A stretch of DNA of 64,000 nucleotides from an uncultured Candidatus Binatia bacterium (lineage in GTDB: Bacteria > Desulfobacterota > Binatia > UBA9968 > JAJDTQ01): the NCBI GenBank assembly GCA_965215605.1, contig OZ244070.1:3424001-3488000 (forward strand). Direction: 5' to 3'. Of this stretch, positions 1-8,917 are shown piece after piece. The notes below the pieces were generated by a model. It did no database searches and was not told the DNA's origin. It saw nothing but the letters and a program-made list of their open reading frames with translations. The position numbers and the translations under genes are program-made. Every line of letters starts with the position of its first letter. The first letter of the stretch is position 1.

Positions 1-61
1 AATTGAGGCATACCCATCGGGACAAGTCAACGTTCTGAAGGCCGCCGGGCCGAGCTCTTTG

Positions 62-90
62 TTGACAAGCTTCGTGGAGCGAGTTAATAC
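62..90 (+). promoter_or_regulatory. putative sigma70 promoter of amidohydrolase gene
   Basis: TTGACA (62-67), 17 nt, TAATAC (85-90); GGAGG SD before ATG 182. Confidence 0.5.
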
Positions 91-181
91 CGCAAAATGC
101 CGATTCGGCGGAAGCCATGGCGCGGGGATGGCGCCGGATCCGTGAACGCAACCACAACACCGGCTCTGCAGGAGGTTACCG

Positions 182-1258
182 ATGGCAAAGTACCAGATCA
201 TTGACGGCGACGGCCACGTTGTAGAGGACATGGAGGCCATCACCAGCCGCTTTCCGGAAGCGGTGCAGCAGCAGATGCGCTGGTCCAACCCGTTTCCGCC
301 GCTGGATCATCTCCATTCCGCCAACGCACACAAGCTCCCGGAGGGGTCGTTCCAGCAGGTGGGCTTCGACGGCTGGGTGGAGTTCCTGGAAGACGTGGGC
401 ATCGACCGGACGGTCCTGTATCCCACCGTGGGCCTTTCCTACGGCAAGGTGGTGAGCCAGGACTGGGCCATTGACCTGGCGCGGTCCTACAATGACTGGA
501 TCGCCGAGAACTACATCCACAAGAGCCCGAGATTCCAGGCCGTGGCGCTGATCCCGTTGCAGGAGCCGGACGAGGCGGTGAAGGAACTGCGCCGGGCGGT
601 GGAGGAACTGGGGATGTGCGGCGCCATGCTGCCGTCCACGGGAATCCAGCTCCATCTGGGCCACAAGTACTACTGGCCCATCTACGAAGAGGCCAACCGG
701 CTGGGCTGCTGCCTCGGCATCCACGGCGGCGCGCACGAGAACCTGGGCATGGACGACCTGCATCCGTACGCCCCGGTCCATGCGCTGGGCCACCCCTTCG
801 GGCAGATGATCTCCTTCGGAGGCATCGTCTTCAACGGCATCTTCGACAAGTACCCCAACGTGCGCATCGGCTTCCTGGAAGGGGGCGTCGCCTGGCTGTT
901 GATGTGCCTCGAGCGCTTCGACCGTTCCTACGAGACCCACATCCAGCACGATCCGCGGGCGGAGTTCCTGCAACTCCAGGAGGGCGAGGCGGTCAGCGAC
1001 TACGTGAAGCGGCACATCGAGGAGGGCCGGATCTTCGTGGGTTGCGAAGGACACGAGCCCGACTTGGCCCACGCCATCAGGACCGTGGGAAACAAGCCCT
1101 GGGTCTATTCCTCGGATTTCCCCCACGAGGTGAACAACGAGTTCTGCAAGGAAGAGCTGGGCGAGGTGATCGAGAGCGAGGAGCTCACCGAGGAGGACAA
1201 GACCGCGGTGCTGTCCCGCAACGCCGAGCGCTTCTACAACCTGCCCAGCGGGCTCTAG
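182..1258 (+). CDS. amidohydrolase family protein (amidohydro_2)
   Basis: IIDGDGH metal motif, IHG, GFLEGG, YSSDFPH, SRNAERFY; SD GGAGG. Confidence 0.9.
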   Translation: MAKYQIIDGDGHVVEDMEAITSRFPEAVQQQMRWSNPFPPLDHLHSANAHKLPEGSFQQVGFDGWVEFLEDVGIDRTVLYPTVGLSYGKVVSQDWAIDLARSYNDWIAENYIHKSPRFQAVALIPLQEPDEAVKELRRAVEELGMCGAMLPSTGIQLHLGHKYYWPIYEEANRLGCCLGIHGGAHENLGMDDLHPYAPVHALGHPFGQMISFGGIVFNGIFDKYPNVRIGFLEGGVAWLLMCLERFDRSYETHIQHDPRAEFLQLQEGEAVSDYVKRHIEEGRIFVGCEGHEPDLAHAIRTVGNKPWVYSSDFPHEVNNEFCKEELGEVIESEELTEEDKTAVLSRNAERFYNLPSGL

Positions 1259-1311
1259 CGTGACGCCAAACTACACTCGCCGAAGGAAAGGAGCGGAGGG
1301 GAGTCCCGGAC

Positions 1312-1554
1312 TCATTGGTTCCGGAGAATCTTCTCCAACTCCTTTCGTTCACTCTCCTGGATCTTGCCGCCGGTGGGAGTCTCTCCGGCGGGACCCGTGA
1401 AGTCGATTCCCTTGAACCGGAAGGTGGCGAGATTCAGGATCTCGTCTCGATAGAGCCATCCCAACAACGCGGCCAGTATGATAACCGGGAGCAGGAGCCA
1501 GACGCGGCCCCCCTGCCTCTTCTTTCTGCTCGTGCGTTTTCTCTTGGCAGCCAT
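1312..1554 (-). CDS. small membrane-anchored hypothetical protein
   Basis: basic N-terminus, one TM helix (VWLLLPVIILAALLGWLY), C-terminal ERKELEKIL; fills intergenic space. Confidence 0.65.
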   Translation of the reverse strand: MAAKRKRTSRKKRQGGRVWLLLPVIILAALLGWLYRDEILNLATFRFKGIDFTGPAGETPTGGKIQESERKELEKILRNQ

Positions 1555-1596
1555 CGGACGGGGTTCTTCTCTAGTCGGAGATCTTGCGGCGACTTG

Positions 1597-1782
1597 TCAG
1601 CTCCAGCCCGACAGCAACAGCGGCTCGGGCCACAAGACGTGCAGCAATACATCAAATACCAGATACAGGTAGCCTTCGGCCAACGCTCCCAAGAGCACGG
1701 CCACGCGGCGCCGAAGGCGCGCTTCGCCTCGCGTGGGGTAGCCGTCGAGGATGGTGGTCTGGGACCCGGCGCTGCCGGGCAT
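1597..1782 (-). CDS. possible small hydrophobic hypothetical protein
   Basis: 61-aa ORF from ATG 1782 with hydrophobic C-terminal half; no recognisable family. Confidence 0.3.
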   Translation of the reverse strand: MPGSAGSQTTILDGYPTRGEARLRRRVAVLLGALAEGYLYLVFDVLLHVLWPEPLLLSGWS

Positions 1783-1817
1783 GGCGATGAGCACCGAGGG
1801 GAAGGTGCGGGGATGGT

Positions 1818-2621
1818 TCAGCTCTCGCTGATATCGATCATCACCCCGTCGGGATCCGCGAGCTGGTATTCGCCGAACTTGCACTTGGCGAACAGATCCA
1901 GACGCGCCTCCGCCTCCGAGCCCCCGCCTACCGGGCCCGGACTCAGGTAGGGGTTGCGCTTTGACAGCTCTTCGAGCCGGTCCTTGACCGCCTGCACGCT
2001 TTCCACCTTGAAGCCGATATGGTCCAGTGCCGGGCGCTCGATGCCGGTGCCCGCGTAGTCGGAGATCTTCCAGGGCGCGATGATCAGGGTGACCCGGCCG
2101 TCGGTCAGGTAGGTGTTGGGATCGTCCGCGGGTTTCTCGGTTTCCAGCAGGTCGAAGACGTCCCGGTAAAATCCGGCCACCCGCTCCGGCTCCACCGCGC
2201 GCAACACGAAATGCTTGACGTAGCGGTCCGCCTGGCGATCGCCGTCCACGTAAACGTCCGTGCGGTTCTCCATCCCTTCCTGGGAAAGGTCGAAGACGTT
2301 CCCGGCGGGATCGTGGGTGCTGAGGCCGGCGAACGGGCGATTGCTCGGCCGTTTCAGGATATGCACCTCTGGGTACTTGTCATGCATGCGCGCGGCCACG
2401 GCCTCGACGTCGTCCACCTCGAAGCCGAAGTGGTCGAACCCGCCCTGACGCCCGGGGCGGCGCGGGTTGATGTTGATGCCCACGTAACCGTCGCTGACCA
2501 CCGAAGCGCTCTCGATCCGGGCCCGCGCGGCGGTCGTCATGCCGAAAACGGCTTGGTAGAACTTCTCCTCGATGGCGTAGTTCTCGCTGACGATGGCCAG
2601 GTGCTTGATCTTCGTGCTCAT
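1818..2621 (-). CDS. VOC/glyoxalase family protein with two VOC domains
   Basis: KIKHLAI..FDHFGFEV..DPAGNVFDL repeated as VKHFVL..LDHIGFKV..DPDGVMIDI. Confidence 0.85.
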   Translation of the reverse strand: MSTKIKHLAIVSENYAIEEKFYQAVFGMTTAARARIESASVVSDGYVGININPRRPGRQGGFDHFGFEVDDVEAVAARMHDKYPEVHILKRPSNRPFAGLSTHDPAGNVFDLSQEGMENRTDVYVDGDRQADRYVKHFVLRAVEPERVAGFYRDVFDLLETEKPADDPNTYLTDGRVTLIIAPWKISDYAGTGIERPALDHIGFKVESVQAVKDRLEELSKRNPYLSPGPVGGGSEAEARLDLFAKCKFGEYQLADPDGVMIDISES

Positions 2622-2647
2622 GGCTTGGTCCCTCCCTTTCGTGCGTT

Positions 2648-2676
2648 GTAGGGGCGGGTCAAAAATCCGCCCGAAC
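2648..2676 (+). repeat. GTAG-type REP-like palindrome
   Basis: GTAGGGGCGGGTCAAAAATCCGCCCGAAC, intergenic; related to 4196-4224 and 40205-40222. Confidence 0.55.
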
Positions 2677-2686
2677 CCGTATCGAA

Positions 2687-3622
2687 TCAACCTGCCCGCA
2701 GCGCCAGCTTGCCCCGAGTATGACCCGTTTTGCTCATCTCGTGGGCCTTTCGCGCCTGGTCCAGCGGAAGCGTATCATGGACGTGGACCCGGAGGTGCCC
2801 CTGTTCGGCCAAGTCGGCGATGGCGCGAAGCTGCGGCGGATCGGTGCGGACCGAGACGTGCTGCGCCCGGACCCCGCGGGTCGCGGCTTGCTCCGAGCTG
2901 GGTCTCCCGCGAATCGAAGCCAGCAGGCCGCCGGGCTTGAGAACGCCCCAAGACCGTTCCTGGACATCGCCGCCGACGCAGTCCAGCACCACGTCTACGT
3001 CTTCGGCCAAGTCCTCGAAGCGGCTCTCGCTGTAGTCGATGATGCTGTCGGCGCCCAACTCGTTCAGGAACTCCCGGTTGCGTGCCGACGCCGTGCCGAT
3101 GACGTGAGCGCCTTTCCATTTGGCGAGCTGGACCGCGATGTGGCCCACGCCTCCGGCGGCCGCGTGAATCAGGACGGTTTGGTCTGCCTGAAGGCCGGCC
3201 GTGTCGAAAAGGGCCTGCCACGCGGTCAAGGCCGCCAGCGGCAGCCCGGCGGCCTGCGCATCGTCCAGAGTGTCGGGTTTGGCCACCAGATCCGAGGCCG
3301 GCGCGGCGACGTATTCCGCGTAGCCGCCGCCTCCCCAGTGCCAGCGCACCATCCCGCAGACCCTGTCGCCGACCTTGAAGTCGGAGACGTTGGCGCCGAG
3401 CTTCTCGACCACCCCCGACACGTCCCAGCCCGGGATGAAGGGGAACGGATCGTCGAGCCGCGACGCGACTCCCTCGCCAGCGCAGGTCTTCCAGTCCACC
3501 GGATTGATGCCGGCGGCATGAATCCGCACGAGCACCTCGCCGTCCCGGGGTTCCGGTGTCGGCGCCTCCTCGACCCTGAGGCTGTCGAGACCGCCGAACT
3601 CGTGTATCCGCACGGCTTTCAT
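2687..3622 (-). CDS. NADP-dependent oxidoreductase (MDR/quinone oxidoreductase family)
   Basis: MKAVRIHEFG, GINPVDWK, PGWDVSG, LIHAAAGGVG, GHTRGKLAL. Confidence 0.92.
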   Translation of the reverse strand: MKAVRIHEFGGLDSLRVEEAPTPEPRDGEVLVRIHAAGINPVDWKTCAGEGVASRLDDPFPFIPGWDVSGVVEKLGANVSDFKVGDRVCGMVRWHWGGGGYAEYVAAPASDLVAKPDTLDDAQAAGLPLAALTAWQALFDTAGLQADQTVLIHAAAGGVGHIAVQLAKWKGAHVIGTASARNREFLNELGADSIIDYSESRFEDLAEDVDVVLDCVGGDVQERSWGVLKPGGLLASIRGRPSSEQAATRGVRAQHVSVRTDPPQLRAIADLAEQGHLRVHVHDTLPLDQARKAHEMSKTGHTRGKLALRAG

Positions 3623-3677
3623 ACGGTTTGCCTATCCCAGGGGGCGTGTCGTTGGCAACAGGAATCGCCCGGCCGCG

Positions 3678-4139
3678 CTACGAGCCTTTGCCCTCCGCGT
3701 CCCAATCGAACATGCGCCGCCGGCGTCTGGCGTTGAAGTTGATGACCTCCAGCAGCAGTCCATCGGGATCCGAGAAGAAAGTCGCGTAGTAGTCAGGGGA
3801 GTACTGGGTGTAGGCCCGCGGCTCGGTTGCCTCGATACCGGCCGCCCGAAGCTCCCTGCAGGCCCGGTCCACGGCCTGCTCGTCCACCACGCGAAAGCAC
3901 AGGTGGGACGGAGACCCCGGCGCGGCGCGCGATTCCGCCGGACCATCCGGCTCGTTCTGGCGCACGATCCAGTAGCTGAGGTGGCGGTTGTCGTAACGCG
4001 CCCGTGGCGAAACCTTGTTGGACACCGCGCCCTTCCGGAAGCCCAGGACCGGCATGACCCGGTCGTAGAAGGCTTCGGCCGTGGCAAGGTCCCGGACGGG
4101 GACGAAGACGTGGTCGATACAGATGACTTCAACGGGCAT
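3678..4139 (-). CDS. VOC family protein
   Basis: IDHVFVPVRDL, HLCFRV, YYATFFSDPDGLLLEV; start at MPVEVICIDH. Confidence 0.85.
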   Translation of the reverse strand: MPVEVICIDHVFVPVRDLATAEAFYDRVMPVLGFRKGAVSNKVSPRARYDNRHLSYWIVRQNEPDGPAESRAAPGSPSHLCFRVVDEQAVDRACRELRAAGIEATEPRAYTQYSPDYYATFFSDPDGLLLEVINFNARRRRRMFDWDAEGKGS

Positions 4140-4195
4140 GGTGTTTCCTTCCCCGGCGCGGTCCGGGAGCCTGTATCGGCCGTGGCTCGGTGCGG

Positions 4196-4224
4196 GCACG
4201 GGCGGGTTTGAAACCCGCCCGTGC
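4196..4224. repeat. REP-like palindrome
   Basis: GCACGGGCGGGTTTGAAACCCGCCCGTGC, perfect inverted repeat around a central G. Confidence 0.6.
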
Positions 4225-4284
4225 ATCGGACATCTGATTTCTACGGCGCCCGGGCCGGGGGCGTAAACGGGACCGGACATGAAC

Positions 4285-5610
4285 TCAGTGTGCCCGGCAG
4301 GTCCAGTTCCGGCTGCCCCACAGGTCCGTGCCGCCGATGATGGCGTCGACGGCGTCGAGGCTCATGGCGTCGAGGGCCGAGACCACGGGGGCGCCGGGGT
4401 AGTTGAGGACCTGGAGCCGTTCGTAGGCGCCGACCACCCGGTCGGCGGGCGGCAGCTCCAGGGCGAGGTCACGGCTGCCGGTGCTCACCACCGCGTCGGC
4501 CGTGTCATCGTAGAACAGCAGCGGCGAGTCCACGCCGTCCTTGCCGCCGTACTCGTAGGTGACCAGCACGGTCTTGATCCCCTTCTGCTCACACGCGTGC
4601 ACGGTCAGCATGACCTCCAGGAAGGCATTGCCGGAGCCGATCCAGGTGACGAGGGCCGCCTCCGCGCCCAGTGCCCGGGCCACCTGCGCCGCGTTGTGCG
4701 CCGCCACTTCCTTCTCCCGGAAGCTCTCGAAGCGTATGCGTTGCAGCACCACGCCGGCGAAATCGAGCCGGCGGCCGTGCTCCCGGGACACGCTCAGGGC
4801 CAGCGGCTGGTTCTGCCAATCCCAGGTGGTGGGCGAGTAGGCGATGGTCTTCATGGTGCTGCCCGTGACCGCGCCGTCAAGCAACTCGTTGGGGTGAACC
4901 ACGGTGCTCAGCGATTCGCGGACCGGCAGTCCGTAGTAGCCCAGGCCGGAGGGCAGATGCTCCGACTCGGTGATGCAGCCCACGATGACCACGGTCTTGG
5001 GCAGGCGCGGGTTTCCGTGGGCGGCGCCGTGCGTGTGGACGTCGGCGGGCTCGGCGGCGACGGTGGCCTCGGCAAGCCGTTGCGCCACGCGGTACTCGGC
5101 GCCTTGGATCGCCTGATGGGCCTGGGCCTCGATCAGGCCCGACGGGAGCCGGAAAGTCAGCACGAGGCCCGGGAACCGGCTGAAGCCCGTGAGTTCCGCC
5201 CCCGGCCCCCACATGTCGAGGATGGCGCTTCGCTGGGCGGTGGTGCCGGTGCGGATGGTGCCCTCGTATTCGGCCGTGGTGATGAGGGTCATGCCGGACA
5301 GCCGGTGGGTACGGCCGGCGCCTACCGCAACCACCGGGTTGGTGATCCCGGGGAACACCTGACCGGTGCCGTCCACCTTGACCCTGGGCTCCACCACGTC
5401 GCGGATGCCGGTCACCCGCGCCCGCTCGCCGGGACGCACGATGTCGAGCCTGGCGGAGAGTATCCTGGGATCCCGTGAAGCGATCTCCAACAGCTCCGCC
5501 TCGGCCACCTCCAGGTTCCGGCCGGCGTAGTTCAGCTTTCCGCCGAAGTGAAGATCCTCTACGGGAAAGTCCGCCAGCTCCAGCGGCGTGGCATGCCGGG
5601 CGAGGCTCAT
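4285..5610 (-). CDS. glycine/sarcosine/betaine reductase component B, GrdE/GrdI-like subunit
   Basis: IVRPGERARV..DVVEPRVKV, VGAGRTHRLSG, DMWGPGAE, HPNELLDGAV, GIKTVLVTYEYGGKDG; ATGA overlap with upstream selenoprotein gene. Confidence 0.88.
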   Translation of the reverse strand: MSLARHATPLELADFPVEDLHFGGKLNYAGRNLEVAEAELLEIASRDPRILSARLDIVRPGERARVTGIRDVVEPRVKVDGTGQVFPGITNPVVAVGAGRTHRLSGMTLITTAEYEGTIRTGTTAQRSAILDMWGPGAELTGFSRFPGLVLTFRLPSGLIEAQAHQAIQGAEYRVAQRLAEATVAAEPADVHTHGAAHGNPRLPKTVVIVGCITESEHLPSGLGYYGLPVRESLSTVVHPNELLDGAVTGSTMKTIAYSPTTWDWQNQPLALSVSREHGRRLDFAGVVLQRIRFESFREKEVAAHNAAQVARALGAEAALVTWIGSGNAFLEVMLTVHACEQKGIKTVLVTYEYGGKDGVDSPLLFYDDTADAVVSTGSRDLALELPPADRVVGAYERLQVLNYPGAPVVSALDAMSLDAVDAIIGGTDLWGSRNWTCRAH

Positions 5611-6935
5611 GACGCCGCTTCCGGCGTGAACACGGTGCTTTCCTCGATTTCTTCCTCGAGCGCGTTGAGGGCGGTTTCGACGATGGACTTGCGCAGCTTC
5701 TCGTCGACCTCCGGCGGCAGGCTCGGGTCGCCGCAGGGATGGGGAATCTTGACGCCCTTGACGATGCGGCTGGCGCCCACCTGCTCCGCCAGCGGGAACA
5801 TGGCGCTGATCATCGACACGGGAACTCCGGCACGGTCCAGCTCTTTACTGATCACAGCTCCGCTGCGACTGCAGGTGCCTCACGTGCTCACCAACAGCAC
5901 GGCGTCCACGCTGTTGGCCTTGATCTCCGCGGCAATCTCCTGGCCCACGCGCTGCATGGCCGCGGGCGAGCCCTGGTTGCCGGGTATGACGTAGTAGGCG
6001 GGGTAGAGGTCCTCGTATTTCCCTTCCTGCTGAAGCTGCCGCAGGGCGTCCAGGGGAACCCCGTAGAGTGGATTCGCATTCATGTTGGCGACGTTGTAGC
6101 CGCCGTGCACGGCTTCCCACATGCCGGGCTCCATGGTCTTGAGCTCCGCCACCGGGTACTTGCGCCAGAACGTGTTGCGGAAGGTCTTGAATCCGTCCGG
6201 GTTCCCCCACGGCACCACTCCGCTGGTGGTGACCAGCGCGACCTTTGCCTTTCCCACCTCTTTCACCGCGGCGGCCGGCGCCACCCGGTCCCAGGTCTGC
6301 ATGGGAATCTCGGTGGCGAAGGCCCGGCCCTCGATCTTGTCGAGCAGCATGTCGAGGGCGCGGTCCGCTCCGGTCCGGCCGCTCTGCTCCTGGATCCGGA
6401 TGCCCCGGGACAGATAGCCCTCGTCCTCTGCCGCACCGACGGGATCTTCCCGCAGCCGCTTGAGGACGAACCGGGCCAGATCTTCCAGAGCCTTGCCCAT
6501 GCCGCCGGCGGTTTCGGTGGTGGGGAAGAGGAACAGCCGTGGGTCGTGGTATTCGCGGTAGGTGTCCACCGCCGGGTTGTCCTCGTGCATGGCGGTGACG
6601 CACACGCGGTCCAACTCGGCGGCTGCCATGTGGCCGATCTCGACACAGGCCAGACCGTAGCGGCCGGCATTGAACGCCGGTCCGAGCACGATCACTTCCG
6701 CCTCCGCCGCCGCGATCTCCTTCAAGAGGGCCGCCCGTGCTTCCTCGGGCTTCTCGTGAAAGTGGTTGTCGCCGAAGTAGATGGTGGGCGCCACCTCCGC
6801 TTCGCCCTGCAGCAGCCGTTGCAGCCCCCGCGACGGCCCGGCCAGGCTTTCAAGGGTTCCGGCGGCGACAGCCGCCTTCTCTTCGCCTCCGATGCCCGCA
6901 AAGAACTGGTTGACGACGTGTGCCACGCGTTTCAT
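5607..6935 (-). CDS. glycine/betaine/sarcosine reductase family selenoprotein B (GrdB/GrdF/GrdH-like), Sec at codon 352 (TGA 5880-5882)
   Basis: NQFFAGIGGEE, GPAFNAGRYG, KVALVTTSGVVPWGNPD, HGGY; in-frame VLLVST-TGA-GTCSRSG continuing into KELDRAGVP..IPHPCGDP; 442 aa. Confidence 0.93.
5848..5874 (-). promoter_or_regulatory. bacterial SECIS-like hairpin
   Basis: mRNA UGA GGCACCUGCAG-UCGCAGC-GGA-GCUGUGA-UCAG; 7-bp stem with one GU pair and a GGA loop starting 18 nt after the UGA. Confidence 0.75.
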
Positions 6936-7070
6936 CACGGGCCTCCTTCCGGACGGGAGAATACGGTTTACACGGGGACTCGCCTTTGCGTATCCTCCAT
7001 TAGCATCTTCGCACAAGTTATGCACGGGTCTCATCCAACGATAAACCACACTCGACAACCCCGTCGCCGG

Positions 7071-8519
7071 ATGCTGCGATTCACCGTTGTCGCGCTGTTG
7101 GCGCTGGCCGCGGGCGGTTGTGGTCCAGACCGTCCCGGAGCGCCGGGCGCGGCCCGTGAAACGGAGGCCGTGGCGCGCGGGAACCTCCCGCACCTTCCGC
7201 CGCAACGGCCGGCGGATTCGGTCAACGCTCCCATGGCGTATCTCGGCCGATCCCTGCACGTGAACCCCGGAGTGGCGCCGGCGGCCGATGTTGTCCCCAT
7301 TGTGCGTGACCATGGGGGCGTCCGGGTGGCGTATGGGCGCGTCATCGACGGTGTGCACCGGGACGAGTTGACCCGCTATCTCGATGTGGAGGTGGAGACG
7401 ACTCCCGCCCCCTTGAAAGCCTTCCGGTTGAAGCGGACCGTAAGGGTCGTGGAGGGCGCAACCGTCGAGATGATGGACCACACCGTACGCGCGGTGCAGT
7501 TGATCAACGCGGCGCTGCCGCCGGAGGGGCGGCTCCGGTTCGACGATACCCCTGTCCCGATGGAATTCGTCGAGAGCCTGGAGGTTTCCTGCAAGGGTTT
7601 CGTGTGCGAAAGGCCCGGCGTTCCGCTTGGGGACATCTTGGTCCAGTTCGCGCCGGCGGAAGTCTGGTTGGGGCCGGAAAGAGCGAAGGAGAAGCCGCAT
7701 GTGTCGGGCCAGACGGTCCTCAACGGGTCCACCCGGAACTTCGATGCCGGGAGCCTGTCGAGTTGGGCGGGGCGGGTGTGGGTGGATCCTGTTCGAGCCA
7801 CAGGGGAAAGACGTCTGCTCGTGCTGGTCCACGAGTTGCTCCACACACTGGGGCGCGGGCATGCCGACGCCGAACGGTTCCCGGCATCGGTCATGCGTCC
7901 GGTGTCCGACTCGATACGGAGGGGCGAAATACTCTATCCATTGGATCGCGCGGCGCTGCTCGCGGCCTACCGGATGCTCGAACCATCCGCGACGCGGGGC
8001 GAGATCGCCCAGGCTCTGGGGTCCTGGGAGGATACGTCAACGCATGTCGCAGGCGAGTTGGATGGGGGAGGCGGAGACGCAAGGTTCGGTGTCGGGCTCC
8101 GGAACGGGCTGGCGCGGCCATGGGCTTCCGGATCGGCGCCGCGGACCGGTGTCGCGGAGAACGGGAGCCTCTCCGGGCGCGTCACTTGGTCGGGCCGTGT
8201 TCTGGGGTTCACCCGTGAGGGCGAGGCCGCCGCCGGCGCGGCGGAGCTCACGATCCGTCCGGATACCCTCGACGGCACGCTGCGCCTGACGGCGCTGGAG
8301 TCGTGGCCGGGCGGACAGCCGCCAGGGGCGGCGGGCACCGGGAGGCCGTTGCGCGAGGGGAATTCGACCTATCGTGTGGTCGTGCACGGGAACAGGTTCG
8401 TGGCCGACGGCGGCGACGCGGGTCAGGTCACCGGCGCGTTCTTCGGCGAGTTCCACGCGGGTATGGGCGGAGTCATGGAGCGGGACGGCCTCGTGGCGGG
8501 TTTCGGGGGAAGGCGATCG
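7071..8519 (+). CDS. putative lipoprotein with metzincin Zn-metalloprotease motif and C-terminal TbpB-like beta-barrel; end inferred, frame actually open to 8933
   Basis: signal MLRFTVVALLALAAGGC; HELLHTLGRGH plus SVM Met-turn; C-terminal VTGAFFG..GGVMER..LVAGFGGRR. Confidence 0.7.
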
Positions 8520-8556
8520 ACGCCGCGCCGTGCCCGCCAGATCCTTGCCGGGCCGC

Positions 8557-8739
8557 GCCCTCGCCCAGGTTCACGTCGAGCTGGAGGAGGCGAGCCATGT
8601 GTCCGGCGCCAAATGGCTGACCCTCATGCGGCGGATCGTCCTCCCTCTGGTGTTGCCGGCGTTCATCGTGGCCCTGGCGATTCTCACGGTGGGCGGGCGT
8701 TGGACGGTGGCCCGCATGAGCCGCCGGCAGGAGTCGTGA
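8557..8739 (+). pseudogene. ABC transporter permease fragment (EAA loop)
   Basis: ALAQVHVELEEASHVSGAKWLTLMRRIVLPLVLPAFI; no start codon or N-terminal part. Confidence 0.65.
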
Positions 8740-8804
8740 GCCGGATAGACGCGGGAAGCTTGGTTGACGGCGGCAATGGCGCTACGTTATGGGGAACGTC
8801 TCGC

Positions 8805-8891
8805 GCCGGGATGGTGGAATGGGTAGACACACGGGACTTAAAATCCCGCGGGCCTCGGCCTGTGCCGGTTCAAGTCCGGCTCCCGGCACCA
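8805..8891 (+). tRNA. tRNA-Leu(TAA)
   Basis: GCCGGGA acceptor, anticodon arm CGGGA-CTTAAAA-TCCCG, long variable arm, GTTCAAGTC, encoded CCA. Confidence 0.97.
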
Positions 8892-8917
8892 GAATCACGA
8901 ATCCAGCCGTCCACTCG

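Noticed and set aside
5607-5855. 82-aa ORF as a separate gene, or grdB as a nonsense pseudogene
   Set aside because: It is in frame with the upstream ORF across a UGA at the known Sec position, followed by a SECIS-like hairpin.
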